From: a virus
Lineage: Duplodnaviria; Caudoviricetes
Virus record (IMG/VR): IMGVR_UViG_3300043443_000016
Location: 1-34,924 of that record
DNA: 34,924 bases
Strand: one strand, 5' to 3'
Shown: positions 33,902 through 34,924 of the stretch, in pieces
How positions within the stretch are numbered: position 1 is the first letter of the stretch
How the letters are laid out: every line of letters starts with the position of its first letter
Position numbers and translations under genes: made by a program
The notes under the pieces: model-generated
Told to the model about the DNA's origin: nothing
What the model saw: only the letters and a program-made list of their open reading frames with translations
Databases searched by the model: none

Positions 33902-34146
33902 TGGAATATAACAATGAAAATCGTGGTGCGTTATTTAAGAATGAACGCAGAGATGACGAGAAGTTTCCTCACTACAAAGGGTCACTCAATGTAGAAGGTG
34001 TAGATTTCTGGATTAGTGCATGGCTAAAAGAAAGCAAAGATGGCACTAAGTTCATGTCTTTGTCAATCAAAGCAAAAGATCAGAAAGAAGCTAAAGCACC
34101 AACAAAGCGTTCTGTAAGAGACGATTTTGACGATGCGCCTTTTTAA
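33901..34146 (+). CDS. ssb: Small single-stranded DNA-binding protein
   Basis: GALFKN..PHYKG..FWISAW..KFMSLS; acidic tail DDFDDAPF; follows erf. Confidence 0.75.
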   Translation: MEYNNENRGALFKNERRDDEKFPHYKGSLNVEGVDFWISAWLKESKDGTKFMSLSIKAKDQKEAKAPTKRSVRDDFDDAPF

Positions 34147-34160
34147 AATTTAATGTTAAC

Positions 34161-34249
34161 GAACCCCAAAGCGGATGCTTGTGGAATATTCTCAGCCAAG
34201 TGATTTAGTTCATGAGGTGCAGTACCACAAGACGCAGCGAGTAGGGTTC
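34161..34249 (+). ncRNA. Structured intergenic RNA candidate (long interrupted hairpin)
   Basis: Nested helices GAACCC/GGGUUC, GC/GC, UGC/GCA, UUGUGG/CCACAA and CUCA/UGAG. Confidence 0.6.
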
Positions 34250-34266
34250 ACCTCAAGGAGAAGATA

Positions 34267-34599
34267 ATGAAAGACATTTTTGAGAATATGAAAGATTCGA
34301 TGGACAGATTCTTTGGTACGCCAGCATTTAAGTTGGCTAGAAAAGATAGTCCAGAAACCTCTAAAGAAGCAGCGCAAGCAGTTGATAGCACCAAGCTAGA
34401 ACAAATCGTCTACGAGGTTATTAAAGGCTTTCCTGATGGATGTATCTCAGACGAGATACTAGACGCACTCCCAGATTATCGTTACTCATCAATTACGCCA
34501 CGCTATCGTGCTTTATTGGATAAAGGCTTGATTGAGATTACTGGAACGAAAGAAGGTAAATCTGGCAAGAAACAAAGACTTATGAAAGCAAAATTATGA
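34267..34599 (+). CDS. Winged-helix-like hypothetical protein
   Basis: ARKDSPETSKEAA...SSITPRYRALLDKGLI...SGKKQ; SD AAGGAG. Confidence 0.7.
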   Translation: MKDIFENMKDSMDRFFGTPAFKLARKDSPETSKEAAQAVDSTKLEQIVYEVIKGFPDGCISDEILDALPDYRYSSITPRYRALLDKGLIEITGTKEGKSGKKQRLMKAKL

Positions 34600-34904
34600 G
34601 CTATGCAGCAGTAGAAATTAAGATCATTCAATGGTCGGAAGCTAGGAAAATTATTCCTAACAGCACCCCAGAGACTCAGCTTCTTAAGGCTATGTCTGAA
34701 CTTGGAGAATTAGCAGATGCAACAATTAAAAAAGATCGTGACGCTATTGTTGATAGTGTGGGCGATGTTATGGTATGCCTTGTTAATTACTGCGCTTTAC
34801 AAGACCTAAATCTGGTAGACTGCATGGAAGTTGCATACGATCAGATTAAGAATCGGAAAGGCATACTATTGCCTAACGGATTGTTTGTTAAAGACTCTAC
34901 TTAG
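34596..34904 (+). CDS. mazG: MazG-like nucleotide pyrophosphohydrolase
   Basis: QLLKAMSELGELADA...DSVGDVMVCL...AYDQIKNRKG. Confidence 0.88.
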   Translation: MSYAAVEIKIIQWSEARKIIPNSTPETQLLKAMSELGELADATIKKDRDAIVDSVGDVMVCLVNYCALQDLNLVDCMEVAYDQIKNRKGILLPNGLFVKDST

Positions 34905-34924
34905 CAAGTAAGTAAAGACCCACA
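34798..34924. repeat. Terminal direct repeat, copy 2
   Basis: Identical to 1-127. Confidence 0.95.

Noticed and set aside
34161-34249. Group II intron domain V or intrinsic terminator
   Set aside because: AAGCGGATGC only superficially resembles domain V and the complementary 3' arm is missing; no U-tract follows the stem.
1-34924. Alternative genetic code or stop-codon reassignment
   Set aside because: Standard-code ORFs tile the genome densely and core genes appear full length.

Overview
The window is an apparently complete, circularly permuted dsDNA tailed-phage genome of about 34.8 kb. Bases 1-127 are identical to 34798-34924, most likely an assembly overlap. The long minus-strand arm runs, in transcription order: Cro-like regulator, lambdoid-type replication initiator (DUF1376/YdaU-like, with internal iteron-like repeats), HNH endonuclease, cytosine methyltransferase, nuclease/NinB and small early genes, terminase, portal, scaffold, major capsid, podovirus-type tail and ejection proteins, LamG tail fibre, an extended lysis region (GH19 endolysin, nested Rz/Rz1 spanins) and a metallophosphoesterase. 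The short plus-strand arm carries ERF recombinase, SSB, a winged-helix protein and MazG. I found no integrase, CI repressor, DNA polymerase, tRNA or CRISPR. Spanins imply a Gram-negative host. The most unusual signals are: two structured non-coding RNA candidates (one is the promoter-driven leader of the initiator gene); a duplicated early promoter/operator/leader cassette; a 1026-aa SGNH-esterase protein with tandem TonB-box-like repeats; a possible ADP-ribosyltransferase-fold cargo protein; a 'GLL(D/G/E)' motif shared by putative injected proteins; and a HiPIP-like protein. All calls come from reading the sequence by eye; no database searches were run.
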